DNA of 64,000 nt from Auanema rhodensis (GCA_964057225.1 OZ059894.1:10540001-10604000); one strand, 5' to 3'; numbered from the stretch's first letter, positions 38,707-54,400 are shown. The notes: generated by a model from the sequence alone, not told the origin. Numbers and translations: made by a program.

Positions 38707-41700
38707 TTAGTTAATACAATTACAAAAACTTTCTAAAAGACGATATTGAGCACATCGGTTATTGATGTTCCTGGATGTTACCATTGGTGCATGATTAATC
38801 ATATAACTATCATCTTTTTTTCCTATTCGATATTGTATTCTTAGATCTATAATATCATTTGTTGTTTTCAAATGAATTTCACAGTTTTGCCATACATAAA
38901 CAACCTAAAATTATTATTTTTTAGTTTAATATCTTATATATATATATATATAATATGTTTAATATAATATTGTTGTATAAAAAGAAAAAAAGAAAAAAAG
39001 AACTAATGATCAATGTTTAGATGTAATTAATAGTTAAATTTCATTAAACATACTGGAGAAGAAGTATAATTAAGGTTCTGTAGTTGTTCAATTAAATTCT
39101 TTTTATTCCGAAATCCAGTACGAACTTGAAGATTTGTTGAGTATGGTTGTTCCTTTAAATAATTTAATTTTCTTTTTTTTTTATTTTTATTTGAATAAGA
39201 ACATAGAAATATCTATCTTACTGGCTCTTGACAAACAAATGAATTCATATCTATACAATCAGAAAATTTAAAAAGATATTCTGTAAGAATATCTTCAATA
39301 TGATTTTTATTTAACCAATTTATATCTTCAACTAGAAAAAAATTAAATTATAAAAAAAAAAAATATATATATGAAACATACAATCATCTTTTTCCTTTTC
39401 CATACAAAGGCAAAAGTTAGTTATAACATTATTTGAGAGACATGTTCTTTCTAATGTAATTGGTGTTAATAAGCTTTTACCTTAATAAATTTTATTTTTT
39501 AAGATACAAAAGATTATTATACAGTCATGTGCGATAAACGTTGGACACTCTCCCTGTAGAAACCTCAGAACACCACTTCAAACTACAAAAAAATATTTTT
39601 TTTGTAGTTTGTGTGTAAAGATATGAGGGTTTCTATTGGGTGTCCAACGTTCATCGCACATGACTGTATATGCAAATAGGTAATACCTCTTGAATTCCTT
39701 CGATCTGTTGTTGTTGTTCTTCCTTCAATAATTTGTAATAAAGTTTCATAAACATCAAAATTACTGTAAATCGGGAGAGAGGCCAAGTTTTAGAATAAAC
39801 AACTTAACAAACCTTGTAATCCTGTTAGAATTATCAAGTAAGTTTTGAAATAATTGAGGAAATTCTTTTCGAAAACCAATAGGCACATATATTGACATCA
39901 TAGGTTGTCGTTCTTCTTGAAATTTTATTAAAAATTATTCGTTTTCCAAGTAATATTACAACCTATTCTTCCAGCAAAAGTTGATTTTATTGGATGAATT
40001 CGATTACCATGATCACCCATAATGATTAAGATTGTATTTTCCAACGCAGCCATATTCTATAAATTTTTATTATTATTTATGTAAATTATTAATAATATTA
40101 TAACAAACTTCAAGTTTTAGTAATCTCTCAGCAATAGGTTGATCCAAAAAACGTAAATTATTTGGATTATCATGAGTAATTCTATATTATTTATAAAATT
40201 ATTTATTATTATAAAATAATATAACTTACGTTGTAACAAATGTGAAACCAAAATGTTGACGATAAGCCATCTTTGAAGCAAATTGATACCAAGGATCCAT
40301 AAAATCAATTCCTAATATTCGATTATCATAACATAATCTCCATTTATCTTTAAGTTTCTAAATGATTTATAAATAAAAATTTCAATAAAAAGTTAAATTT
40401 TACCCTATTAAGGTATACATAGTATGGACGATAGTAATGATCTGTTGGTTTTTTAGAAAATCCTGCTTTAAAGTATTTGGGTGGATAATGAAAAACGCCT
40501 CGGGATGTATGTCCAATTTCATCGTTAAACATCGTTTTTGCATCTATTTTTTACATTTTTTTGTTTAAAAAATAAAAAAAAATAGAAGTTAACCACGTAA
40601 TTCTTTCCATATAAATGGTATTGTATCAGGATCAACAGATTCATTATACGGCAAAATATTTCTTAAATCAATATCTTGTTCTGGATCAATCTTTGGATAT
40701 TTTTTAGCTAATAATACAAATATTAAAATAAAAATAAATTTAACTTTACCTTCATTTACTTGATCAGCTAATAATGCTAAAAGATTAATACAACTATTAT
40801 CTCCAATCTAAATATTAATTATAAATATATAAATTATATAAATAAATACTTTATTATATCCTTTTAATGTAATAAATCCAAGTTTTTTCATAATTTCACT
40901 TGTTGATATCATATGTCGTTCAAATTGTGATCTTGAAACACTGTCAATAGCTAATATATCAACTGATATTTTAGAAAAGTTATAACTTGCTGGTCTAATT
41001 ATCTTTGGTTTTCCTGCGAAAAAAAAAAAGAAAATTTTAGTTAAATCATAATAGAAATATGAAAACCTTCAATTATTAATTCTGATAATGAATTGAGATG
41101 AATTCCCATATATGATCTTTCAAATATAATTGTAAAATTATCAAGACAAGTTATGATATAGTTATCAGCATTTATCCAAAAACTTTTAAAATGCATTGGA
41201 ATCTGTTATGAAATGTTGTAAATGATTCATTCATTTGCTATTGTTTTACCTGACGAATCTGATTAATATGATAAGATCGTTGTCTAGGACGAAGAGATCC
41301 ATCAATCTCTTGTATTAAGCATGAACGAGCTTTAATTGGCATAATCCAAGTAAATGTTCCATCATCTGATCTATTGAATATATCAATAGTAAATCGTTCA
41401 CATTCAATAGTTGTTATATTATTTTTAATATAATTCTATAAATAAAATAAAATATATACATATAGTTAAAATATTACTTGAATTGATGGATCAATACTTG
41501 GAATCCATGCATAATGACATGTATTTTCAAATAAATGTGTTTTTGGTTCATATTTTAAAGATTTATCTGATATTCCTGTATAACTTAATAATATTTCAAG
41601 ATTTCCCTATAAATAAAAAAATAAAAAAATATCATCTAAGATTATAGATTAACATCAAAATTTATAATAAGTTGTTGATGTTGATTTCTTATTAGAAATA

Positions 41701-41759
41701 ATATTGATAAACAGCATACAACCAAATACTGAAATAATTTTTTTATATAAATTATTCAT
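38707..41759 (-). CDS. DUF229 (alkaline phosphatase/sulfatase superfamily) protein, multi-exon
   Basis: [103 protein letters not shown]-terminal FCNCIN*. Confidence 0.88.
39522..39666. mobile_element. Tc1/mariner-type fold-back MITE
   Basis: TA-CAGTCATGTGCGATAAACGTTGGACAC ... GTGTCCAACGTTCATCGCACATGACTG-TA: 27-bp TIRs with one mismatch, TA target duplication, 145 bp long, in a DUF229 intron. Confidence 0.88.
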
Positions 41760-44700
41760 TTTATAATTAAAAATATTTATTTTTATTCACATGATCTTCT
41801 TTATTAAAAACAAATATGATAAAACCTATCAAATAATGTTTCATTTTTATCATTTATTAGATATTTTTAAAACTTTTATTATTATTTTTAAATTTTAATC
41901 TTTAATATGATATTTGAACCTATATTCGAGATTATTCTATACATACATACTATATTCAGGATATAAGAAGCTGATAATTCAATAAATTTTGATTATAATT
42001 ATACATATGTATAGTCTTGTATACGATGAAAGTGGGACACTTCTTGAAAGAGTTCAGACAACCTCCTTCAAACTTTAAAAAAAATTAATTTATGCTATGC
42101 TATGAAGTTTTTCAATACTCTTTATATATATTTTTGAGCTTTTTCGATCGTTTATTCAAACAAATACAAGAGATTTTTGGAGTTTCCCACATTCATCGAA
42201 TATTACTGTATATTATATATATAATTTTATAATTTATAAATTAAAATTATTTTTTAGCAGATTTTCTTTTTTCTTTTTTTTTATTTTATTTCATTGAAAT
42301 GAAATTGTTCTGAAATCATCATTGACAGCTTTAATGCGGATACAAAAATAAGAAGAAGAAGAAGAATTTTACAAAAAAACTTATCAGATAAGAATGATAA
42401 TACTGGTGGTTTTATTATAATTTTTTTTACTTCTTTTTAAACTTTTAATTCTAAAAGAAAATTTAAAAAGTTCAGACTAAATATTGAAATGACGCCTATT
42501 ATATCAAAAAATTTAATTTGCACTTTATCTATGGTACTGCTGCTGCTGCTGCTATCATATAATCAGATGTTTTAATATCAAATGAACAAAAAAAAAAGTT
42601 TTATATTATCATCACACATTTTTCTATTTATTTCTATGATATTATAAGAAAAAAAAAGTTCCAAAAATACTATATTTAGATAATTTTATTATATAAAATA
42701 TATAAAATTCTTTAAAAAAAAACTATTTAAATGAAATAAATAAATGTAAAACATACGAAGATTGTAGAATGACGACGATTCATAGAGGGAATCATTTTCA
42801 TTATAGATTTAGATTGTCTATATACTATTCATATAGTTACTTGGATTTAAATTTCTATCGTTTATAATTCCAAACTAGATTTCATTTCAATTTCAAATCA
42901 TATTGACTATCTTTCAATCGTTTTTTATATATTTTTCAAATAAAAAAACCTCTTGAACCTTTGAATATTAAACTAAATTACTTTAAATTATTTATATTTC
43001 AATTTTTTTATTAAAAAAATATTTTTTTTCTTCAAAAAAAAAAGAAAAAACTATTTCGGTACTGTACGTAATTCATAACTTTTCATCTTTATTAACTGAA
43101 GAAAATTAATCGGAGAAATCATCAGTTCTTATCATCAATGGGAAATCATTTCAATAGTTCTTTCTCTTATCTCAGATGAATATTTCTTTTTTAAAATAAA
43201 ATAATCCATAGATCTTTAGAGAAAATTATTATTTTTATTTTAAATTTTAATTATAAATTTTTTTATATTTTTATTGTTTATTTTTCTTTTTTTTTATATT
43301 TTTTTGTTTGTTTTAGATTTTAGGAAATATATTGAAATTTATTATATAATTATATTTATATTCTAATAATTCTTTATATTTATCTAATGATAAACAAGTT
43401 TAAATTTTGATTTTTCTTTAAAATTAGCATATTCATTGTACGGAACCATTTGCCGTTCACGTGGATTTCACGTCTCAGCTGTTATCATTTCATTTGGAAC
43501 GGGTACAAGCTCGGCTGTGTATGTGTGTGATGTAACCAGGAAAATACAAAAAACATTAAATCACAAAAGAAAATTGAAAATGCTTGAAAAAAAAAACATT
43601 TTTTTCTTCTCTTTACTACTGTTTATTTAAAAATTTTATTTGTTTTTTAATTCAAATATTATTCTTTATTATATTATTATGGGAAACAATAAGCTCTCAA
43701 TCTATCAAAGATTATAATAATATAATTCTTTATTTGAAATAAAAACGTTTAGAACAACAGTTATATCATAACGATACACATAACCAGCATACAAGCATAT
43801 TTTGATATTTCCTATTTAGAATTTAAGAATAATAAAATATAATTTGAAGGAAAATAAGAAGAAAATAAGAAAAAGTTGATAATTACTATATGAATTGAAT
43901 AAGTGATTTCAAATATTACGTATAGTCATTTCTTATCAATTATAACAATGAATTGATTATTGGAACTATTAAGTTGCTTCATAATCATTTTTCTTTGAAT
44001 AATTTGATTAAAATAGGAATAGTGTATGCTAATAATACTATATATATTATATATATTGTATATTATATATATAGTTATAATTTTATAATTTATTTTATTA
44101 TATAAAAAACTTTTTTGATCTTTTAATTTCGTTTGTAAAATCTTTTCTTAAAAACTTTTTAAAGATATATAAAAAAAAAAGATTATCGAGTTACAAGAGA
44201 GCCGGAAGGATGAAGGTATTCCTCGTTCATTTGGCCATTTATCTTTCTTTTTTCTTCCACAGAACTGAAAAACGCAAAAACTGATTCACGAAATCATTGT
44301 AATATCAGACAACTGTTCGTGGCTCGAAGACGTGATGATCGCAAAATATCTGCAAATAATGAAAATTCATTTGCACCCACGATCATCACGACCTTTATCC
44401 GGAAGGATATCCCTGCCTACTCTTTGAAAATACTTACAAAATTCAAAAATTGTTATTAAACTTTACAATTTCTGATGTTCCATCATATTCGTCCTACACA
44501 GTTATTAGACTGTTGAACTAACCCTAATGTCCCGTTTTTCTCTCATTCTCTGTCGCTAAAATTCGTTTTCGCTAAAACAATTTTTTTGTATTTTCCGGAA
44601 ATTTGAACCTCGCAACGTTGATAAAATCTTTTTTTGGCCTTAAATCTCTTTTGTAAAGGCTTTGCGTAGTTTGACCGGATGTTCTTGGTACTGAATAGTC

Positions 44701-45026
44701 AGTTTGAGCACCTGTATTGACGTCGTCACCAGTGGAATTGTCGACACTGTATGTACTTTTCGACGTCGTCGTACGTCAGCAATACTAGATGGTCTAGAAG
44801 CAAATAAAGAAGGCAACATTTCTCTTTTTTTATTCATCTTCTTTCGTATTTATTCCTACGTTCCGCATACTCTTCATCATCTTTTGACTTTATCATCTCT
44901 TTCTCTTTAACTCATCTCGTTATCAACTCTTATATCTTTTTATACTTTTAGAATCTATATTCATTGTTTTTCCTCATTTCCGCTATCACTTGGAATTTTG
45001 CTTGAGCTTTGCACCTAACTCCAAGT

Positions 45027-45039
45027 TCTCTCTCTCTCT

Positions 45040-45082
<43 letters not shown>
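45027..45082. repeat. (CT)n microsatellite, one interruption
   Basis: Read directly; similar tracts at ~37735-37775 and ~45409-45440. Confidence 0.9.
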
Positions 45083-45085
<3 letters not shown>

Positions 45086-45406
45086 ATCCTCTACTGTTTT
45101 CCCTCATCTCCTAAGTTTGATCTCATTGAACAGTATATGAATATCCCTCATTTCTTCATTTAACACTTTTCTCTCAATTGAAAGCAAAACCGTATTATTA
45201 GAATGAAAATCATAATCATCTCTTAAGCTAAATGTCCTTTTTTTGATTAAAAATCACATTTTCTCTTTGTAACTGATCAGGTCACTGAGCAGATTATATT
45301 TGAAAAAAGAAAAAGATGAGAAAAGCTATTCAAAAGGTTTTCAAACTTTCTTCACACTTCAACACTAATTCTTGAACTCTGATTATTTGGTTTAAATCTA
45401 ATTATT

Positions 45407-45443
<37 letters not shown>

Positions 45444-48400
45444 GTCATTTGTCTTTAAACCTTAGAATCTCTTTGCTCTGAACTTTTCTTTCTACATTCC
45501 GCTTATTTCCGTCGACTATTTCAATACTTTTGTAAAGTTTTAAGTAAAAATAAAATAAAATAAACAGAGAAGTTCCAGAAAAACAAAGACAACAAACATA
45601 TTGCAGCTGCTTTTTTTTAATTTAAAACTTAGTAACAATGTTGTCAAATTCCTCATTTAAAGCTAAAATTGGCAACTTTTCTTCGTCTTCTATATCATTT
45701 CCGGGATTTTTCGATTGTCTCCAAACTCACTATATAATATGCAATCAACTGATAGATAATACGTTGAAAAAACCATGTGATCTAATAATCTATTCTGATT
45801 GTAGAGGTTCTAATGATTTTTGAGTCAAAGACTTTTTGCAATTTTATGATTTACAACTATCATTCTCTTTGTCTTTTCTCTTTTAATCTATTAGAAAACT
45901 ATAACCTTTCAATATCATTACTACCTTTCTATCATCAAATCATTTAATTTTCTTTCATTTTTAGTCAAAAAATGGTTTTATTGTTACTGTTTTCTCACTC
46001 ATGATAGATGATTCATGTGAAGCTAACGATATGAGGCATCATCATCAACCCTACAACCACCCAACCACAAAACCATCCAACCACCCACACATCATAATCA
46101 AATACATGATTGTCATAATCTATTTAATCTTATAAATTACATTTAAACAACATTTCATAAACTTCATAAAGCTTTTTCACTTTTTAAAAAGTATCCAAGT
46201 AATTCAAATGAATAGCACCCAGTTTCTGAGACCAACTACGTCAACTAGATTATTTCATTGCGAACGTACGAACGTTACATCTTCCGGTTTTCCGGTCAAT
46301 GTCTCTTTTCTTCTGTTTCTTTCTCCCTCCTTCTCTTTCTCTCTCCCTCTCTTCTTCGTTTTCCATCTATTCATCTTCTCTCTTTTACATCATCTTGTGT
46401 TGTACAAGAGATGATGAAAAAGACCTTTTTTTTGCTTTATCTTCATGTGAACTCTACATATAAAATATTTTTCATATATAATACAAACAATAATATTCAA
46501 TTTTTATTTATTTTTGTGGCTTTTTTTCACATTACCCTACCTCCTCCTCCCCCTCCTCCTCACACTTCAAATAGCTTACAATAATTAAAAATTGATGATC
46601 ATATGATATATCAATCACATGTTATACTTAATAATCTTTAATAATAGGAAAAGATTGATTTTACATATTCGTGGATATATACTTATACCGAGAATCTGAG
46701 TATCTCTTCTAATTGTTTTCGATAATTTAAACTTTTTTTTAAAAATACGCAATTACGTCTAATGTTAGGAGGGGGGGGGGGGGGAGTAATGTGAAGAAGT
46801 AAAGAAGAGCCATTTTTGTTTTATTCAATGTTTTCTGATCAAATCTTTCTCTCCTTTGCAACTTCATACTACCCACGCTTCCATCTTGTTCTCCCTACCT
46901 CACCCCCCCCCCAACCTCTTCTAGACCTCATCCTTACTTGCACTTTCCTTTTTCCAATTTTTTATTGTTTATGTTTCTCTCACTTCTCTAAAATTCCTCC
47001 AACTTTTTCTTTTTTTTCCTATTTCGATGTCAGTCATCATTTTCCTTCTCTTTATTCATTTCTGTATTTCGTATACATGTGTCTTTGAGAACAAGACTGA
47101 CTATATATGAAATCAGAACCCACTTAAGCAAACTTTTCTTTCTTCTCTATTATTTTTTTATTTTTAATTTATAATATTATATAAATTATAAATTATTTCT
47201 ATTTTATCTTATTTCATCTTTTTTTTTATTTCATTTTAGTTTAATCCTACAAATCATACATACATTCATTCAAACGTACATACAATACATAGCTAAAACG
47301 GAAAAAAAAATAGAAAAGTTGTAAACAAATTTCTTTTAAATCAAAAATTAGTTTTCTATACATTAAATATAGTTTTATAAATATCAGATATTTGAATTAC
47401 AAACCTCATAGGTCAGATGAAATGCTGAATCATCACATTCATTTCTTCATACTATTTTCTTTTTTCCATCCTCCTTCGAATGCTCCTCCTTTTCCTCTCT
47501 CACTATTACTCTTTGCCCCTTTCTCTCCGTCTCTCTCTCTCTCTCTCTTTCTACCTTTTACTACTTCTCTCTCTCTCTTTTTGAAACTCGAAAAACAAAT
47601 TTTTAACTTAAAAAACAAATAAGGCCTTCTGATTGTTTTGACTTTTTATATACTTTTGATGAGATATAATCTCACCTTTCACCTATTATTCATTTAATTT
47701 CTGATATAATAAAGGGTAAACAGATCTGTATGGACGTTTTATAACCATTTAGAGGTTAAAAAGATGATATCAAGTTGAAAATATGACATCATATTCAAAC
47801 ATTATATCGCACAAAACCAACTTTTTTTCAATTTCTAATACTATAAGCCAATATCAGCTGATTATTTTTATATTCACAATCCTTTTTTTCGTTTGTATGT
47901 ATATTCTTTGAAAATAGCCAAAACCGCACTCAACAACAATTCCCAAACCTTATACATGGTTCGGACAAGCAAATGTTTGCAAAAGTCATATACAGCAAGC
48001 TTGTAAGCCCGTTTGCAACGTTTCAATTTTAGTGAAAAGTTGGGGGAAAAAACGTTTCACTTTGTCAATGTTCTCTCTCAATCTCTCCTATTTTCTCTCT
48101 CTAATGATTTTTTTCTTTTTATAGTTGATAGTTTCATTTGTATCGTTCAATGTATGAATTTCATTTGGCCTATGTATGTATTTTCTTTTTTCTTATCTAT
48201 CACCTCTTCCCTCTCTCTTTCTCTCTCTTTCTCTCGCACGCTCTATCTCTCTCTCACTTTCTCTTCAGCGATTCTTTTCTCTCCTGTTCAAGCTTATCCA
48301 TGTTTTCAGCTATTTATTAACTATACGATATACTTTTTAAAATCATAATCGTTTAATCCCTTTTTCCGGAAAAAAATTAGCAATTCGTCATATCCAGCCA

Positions 48401-51400
48401 TTGTATTCTGATTATTGATCAACAATTTTCGAAAATGTCTACGAAAGTTAATGCAGTTGAACCCTTTTTACAAGTAATAATCATATTCTTCATTGCTTAA
48501 CATCATCTGATGACAAAGATGATTTTTGCCCTTCGTGCGTGAAAGTGGACTTACATACGTCAACTCAACTCTCACGTGGTTTTACAACAACCAATGGTCA
48601 CTTTGCAGCAACGTCAATCGGTTGTTTCATAGTTTATTTTGTCTTTTTTTTCAAATTTAATTCTTAAATTTCATTATATATTTTATATGAAAATCAATTA
48701 TAATATTAAAGAATTATATTTATATTTTATAATTTTTTGAATGATGTTCTCGCAACATCGTCGTGAAAATATTTTTTTGCGTCCAAAATAAGTTAAAACT
48801 ACTATAATCCGTAGTTGTGATCATAGATTATGTTCACGCTTTAGTTGAAAAATCTCTATCAATTCATACATATGGGTCATGTTTCACCTTCGTGCAAATC
48901 TGTATTTTCAATTCAATTCTATGTTCGAGCAGATTTTCGTATTCTTTTAAAATCTGATTGGCTTAATTTCATTAACACCTCGTGAATTACTTTGTTTCTC
49001 CCTCAAAGCACAGCTTAAATAGTTTACGAACAAAGTAAATTCCTTTGAACGGAACTGGTTGTTTTCATGATTTCGTCATCTGCTTCTGGTTATGAAATCG
49101 GATGACTGTAAAGAACTCTTGATATTCTGACGAATTTTGACTGTTTTGGTAACGTCTGAAGGGTAATCTCTCTATTCTCTCGCCTCACATTTCCCCTCAT
49201 TTTCCGGGCATGTATGTATGTGGCAGCAAGATCATGTCAATATTGACAGTAGTCACTTAGTTCCTCTCGTTCTTCTGATGCTCCTATAATACTACCCTAC
49301 AATTTCCCTCCTTCCCTCGTTTTTCCCTCTCTCTCTTTCTCTGTATCTTCGTACCCTTTTCTCATCTTACTCATCCCCCTCCTACTCCTCCTCGTCATTC
49401 GATGTTCTCTCTATCTTTTCTGATTTCTCTCAGTTTTTTCTTTACTTCTTCAACTAAATGGAATGAAAGGCAATTTTTGAGACTTTAGGCGGCACTGGAT
49501 AAAGAGAAACAGACTGTTGCACTTTGCACTTTCTCTATTCTCTGCATTCTCATCGAATTCTTTTGTGTTTTTCCTCTTCTTGCCTTCATTCAGAGTCAAA
49601 TCATTTAGAGAAAGAATAGGAATAAGAGAGAAAAAGATGAAAAAATGACATGTGGTACCATTGGCTTAGTGCCAGAACATACTGTTTCTTTAATCTTAGA
49701 CCACATTGCACGATTATATGACTATGGCAATAACCTCGTTCATGCTCCTGAAGTCATGTAGTTTTATGCTTCACGTGAACATTTTCTTTATCTCATTTTC
49801 GTTCAGGAGAAGACATAGAAAGGAGTAGAAAAACCAGATTATTGTATTCTCTTTTATCTATTCTGAATGACTATTACTTAACTATTCTTCTAACATTATG
49901 GATTGATTGTTTAGACTTCTCTTGGTCACATGTATATATGCCAATAATCCTGAAGAAAAGCCTCTTCATTCTTATTTCTTATCAACATCATCATCACCTT
50001 TCTCTTTCTTATTTTTCCCTCTCTTTATTTCTCTCTCATTCACATTCTCACTAGTAACAAGGGGATACAAACAAAATCAGCAGGTCGTTCCTTCCACCAA
50101 AGAGCGCTGACTTCCTGATGGCAACACTGTCATCGACAGAAAAGTCTATGATCACGTGGTGCAATTAGAATTTTTTTGGAAAAAATATTATCTTCTCTAT
50201 CTTGTCTATTCAATTATAGTTTCGTTTATTGAAATTTAATTTACAATTACATTGCAAATACTGTTCTTTTGTGCTGATTATTAATAGAAACATGACTGTA
50301 GTAACAGTATTTATTTTCTAATTTTCGCTGTTTCATTGTTTGAATTTGGAGTTTAAACCATGTCATAGAGTTCATGAGTTCTGCAATCTGATCAGGTTAA
50401 CATATGAACTTCAAGTGGCTAGCTAATACATCAAGATTATAATCTCATCTCTCAAGCATTTCAATCCTCTTCCTACTTCCTCACTCCAAACGATCAAAAT
50501 CACAAATCGTTGTTTAATTCTTCAGAATCTTATAATGGAACTTTAGGTTATGCTCAGCAATGAGTATTTGCACTTAAAGCTCCAGAACTACACTTGTCTT
50601 CACATTTTTTCTTTACTTCTCTTAAGTTTTGACACGCTTTTAACATTACATCATCATCGTGCCAGTCTGTCTCCTTACTAACATCTATTAATTCGATCTC
50701 TGCTCCTAATTTGTCAAGACAACCATCTTTCTCTTTATCTCTCTCACTCAATTCTACCCTCTCTCTATGATACTTTCTTTCGTATACACCTTATACCCAA
50801 AGTTGCACATCTTACACACGTATCATCAGGAAGTCTAGATGGCGTTGTTGCTAATTCTACTTGTCTTTTCCTCTTCTTTCGTCTATTTTCAAATCTTTCT
50901 CATTTCATTCTCGAGAGTTCCACCCTGTTCTTCTGTCCTTCATTCTCTCACATGAAAGCTTCTGATCCACCACGTGTTCTATACCCGATCGTATTTCCTT
51001 TTAAAGTGTTTCCTACACTTATCGCCTCATTAGCTCATTTGATGATTGTCATTGTTTATAGAAGAAGGACTGAACGACATCTGAGCTTCAAATACACAAC
51101 CGATGTGACATCTTCAAGTCACATGCTGCTTCATTTTATGCTCCGTTCCCTCAGGAAGCTTCATAAGTTGTTATGAAATTGTGAAACCTAAGCTGGACAA
51201 CCTATATCTCTACAACTTTGTTTTCTTTCATATTACTTACACTAAATATTGTCTTTATCCTGTCATATTTGAATTTTCCAGCTTAAAAATAATCATTTAT
51301 CATCAACAACGTTTTATTTTTTGAACTTTTTAAGCTTGCGTTCCTTCCTATTTTTTATTTGAAAAAACTTGAAAAAAATGACAACAGTAGGCGGAAAATT

Positions 51401-54400
51401 TGGCTTCGAAATGCCAAATGATTTATGCCAAAGGTCGCAGAACAACTTGTTCCTCTTTCTTTTTCTTGGGACACATTTCAAAAACTTTTTATTACTATCC
51501 AAATTATAATATTGTTTAAATTGTTTTAATTATTTAAATTATTAAATATTATTATAATTTAAAATAATATTTGTTGTTGATCTGTGAACTTTAATCCTTT
51601 TTTTGGCAAAAACCGATTTTTTTTTTGTTTTTGGTTTCCGACAATAGTATCTCCAATATTTCTTCTATTTCTTCTTAATATTCAATCAAAATCTATCATT
51701 TACTTCTCTTCATGATTATCAATTTTAAGTTTCACGTGATTCTTAAACGTGGATTTATTAATTTGAATATTCAATTAATTCTTTTCTCTTCTTCTTCTTC
51801 TTCTTCTTCTTCATATGGTGCCAATAAGTTTCCATATAATCAGTTTCCAATTAGCTATATCACTTTAACACCTAAGGCGAGTCAAGTTATAGGACAGGCG
51901 AGAAGTGCTTGACAGGCTGGACTGGCTTGGCACTCTCCCAAACGACCTTCTACAAGGTCAGCACCGTCTGGCACCAGCTGCCCAGTCAACTCCGCCCAAA
52001 CTTCGTTGAACCATCGTCGGTTCTTGTCGTTGTGTCTCTTTTTTAGTTTTTGTCGTCTGAATCAGTTTGCAACAATATAATAGATATTTTCTAATTCTAT
52101 AAATTTATAAAGAAGATTAAGAATTATTTATCTGATGGTATTATATTGAATGGGTATAATATATATATATTTATTTATATATAATAAAATATAAAAAGAA
52201 AATTTTAAAAAATAGTTAAAAGAGACTTGAAATGTGATGAAATGAAAATGGGTAGTAGATGGTGTAAGAAGAATTAGTTGATTACCTGATAATGTAGATT
52301 CTTGATCATTCTTCCTATTATCATCTCTTATTTCCTCTCTTTCTCTCTCTCTTTCTCTCTCTTTTCTCTTCTTTTTTTACTTCTTTTCCTTATTTCTTCT
52401 TTTTAATTTTTCATGACAAATCAACGTCTGAAAGAGAGCGGGAAAAAAATTAAAAACATTGCCCAAATGCATTATATGCATGAAAGAGAGTAGGTTGACA
52501 ACTTGAGCTTTCTATTACATTCACTGATATTCAGTTTTCTCTTATTCTTTTGATAATTTTGGTTATTCATTGTTTCTCTTCTTATGCTTGTCTCGCCACG
52601 ACATCTTAGATTGTCTCCCACATTTTCTTCAAAAATCTATATTTCCCGAATGTTTTCTCTAAACGTTAAAATCTTTTCTTCGTAAGGGATGGTCTGTCTT
52701 TTCTTTCTATCTAGTTTGCATCCATACCGTCATCAATGTCTCTCAAAGATTGCGAAATTCTTTGATTTAGCCTGAGAAATACGAGAGATCATATAAACCT
52801 AAGAGGGAAAGAGAGTACGAACACGAACCTGAGGTTAAGTAGAGTTAGAAGAGACAGATAAGGTTTAAGAGAAACATACAACTGTTCAATTTGCCTCCAA
52901 TTCGAAAATGATTGTTTGTTGTTACATCAAACATTACACGAATTTTCATTTGTGTACAATTCATTTATCATTACTATCTATTACTCAATTTTACATGTTT
53001 CATAATTAAATTATAAAAATTAAAAAAACTTATATCATATCATTCTATTCTCCGTATTAATTTCATTTACATAGTCGTTTTTTTTTCAAAAATCATGAGT
53101 GCAAAGATACAATGGTCAAACGATGATACTTGATCTTCTCTATGATCTAATACAAAGTTCGTATAAATTAGCATAATCAGCATACTCTATACTCTATATG
53201 TATAGTTAATACAACTGTATTCATATGTTAGTTCTTTTCGTATATCATTTCATATTCTGTTTCTTGCCATATTTGTAAAAATTCCCAATAATACTGAACC
53301 TTCCCCGGATATCCGGCCTTCCATGATTTCGATATTCAAAAAAAAATCTTTGTCTAAACAGCTTTATTTGAAAATTTTATTTGAAAAGCTTTCTGTACTA
53401 TTCGGATATTTGCCCTTTATGTGTTGATCTGATGATTTTAATCTAAATACTATAACAGATATATAACACCAATATCCAGCGATTTCTTGAAAACATTTTG
53501 AACTTTCTTCTCTTTTTCTCTCTCTCTTTATCTTTCCATCTCTCTCTCTTCCTTTCTCTCTTTCTATTTTTTTATTTTATATTCTTGTTAGTATACACTC
53601 AATTTGCTTTACCTTCTTTTTCCTTTTCTATCTCAAAGCTCATTTCTTGCTCATATCCTTTACTCTCTTTCCTTCTCCCTCTCCCTCTCCCTCTCTCTCT
53701 CTCTCTCTCTTCCAATTTCATTTTTTTCTTCTTTAGCAGTCATTGGTAGCAGCCAGCTCTTAAATGAGCGCATCGTCTGTCCTCATGAATTATGGAAAAT
53801 GCCATCATGCGCTCTTAACCCGTATGACCTCTCAGCTTTTAGTCCTTAGGCTATATACATTGTATCTTGATGTCTGTTCTTTTCTTTTCTGATAAAAGAT
53901 CACACTGATCTCAAATTATCTTTGAACATATCAAATTTTGAAGTTAGTTCGGAACTTGCAGCAGCAGACATCGCAAATTTCTGAGAACAAATGTCCTCAT
54001 TATATGAACCAAAAGTCAGAGCAAACGTCAGTTGCCCCCCAGCATTGTCTGCCTTTTTCATGATTTGTCAACTCTTTATACTAACTTGTTCAACTACCTA
54101 ATAGGACCATTTCTCTTGTTTTGTCTTTATTTTTCTTCTCTCATGTTTACTATTTTACTTTATTCCTAAGTATATTTCTTTCGTAAAATCTGTTTCTTTT
54201 CAATTTTATATGCTTAATTAAGGTTTTTATGATTCCCACTTGAAATTTAAACTTTATTTCTAATAGTTAAGTCGTAAGGAATGTTTTCTTTTTCATTATC
54301 CTCATCTTCCTCACATCATCATCATCATCATCATATGCTCAAGTTTTCTGACAAGTTGAAACATCTTTATAATTTATTTTTGAACCATATGTACTATACA

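Noticed and set aside
53765-53840. Possible miR-100/51-family miRNA (AACCCGTA next to an 8-bp stem)
   Set aside because: The seed-like sequence lies outside the stem and there is no extended pre-miRNA pairing.
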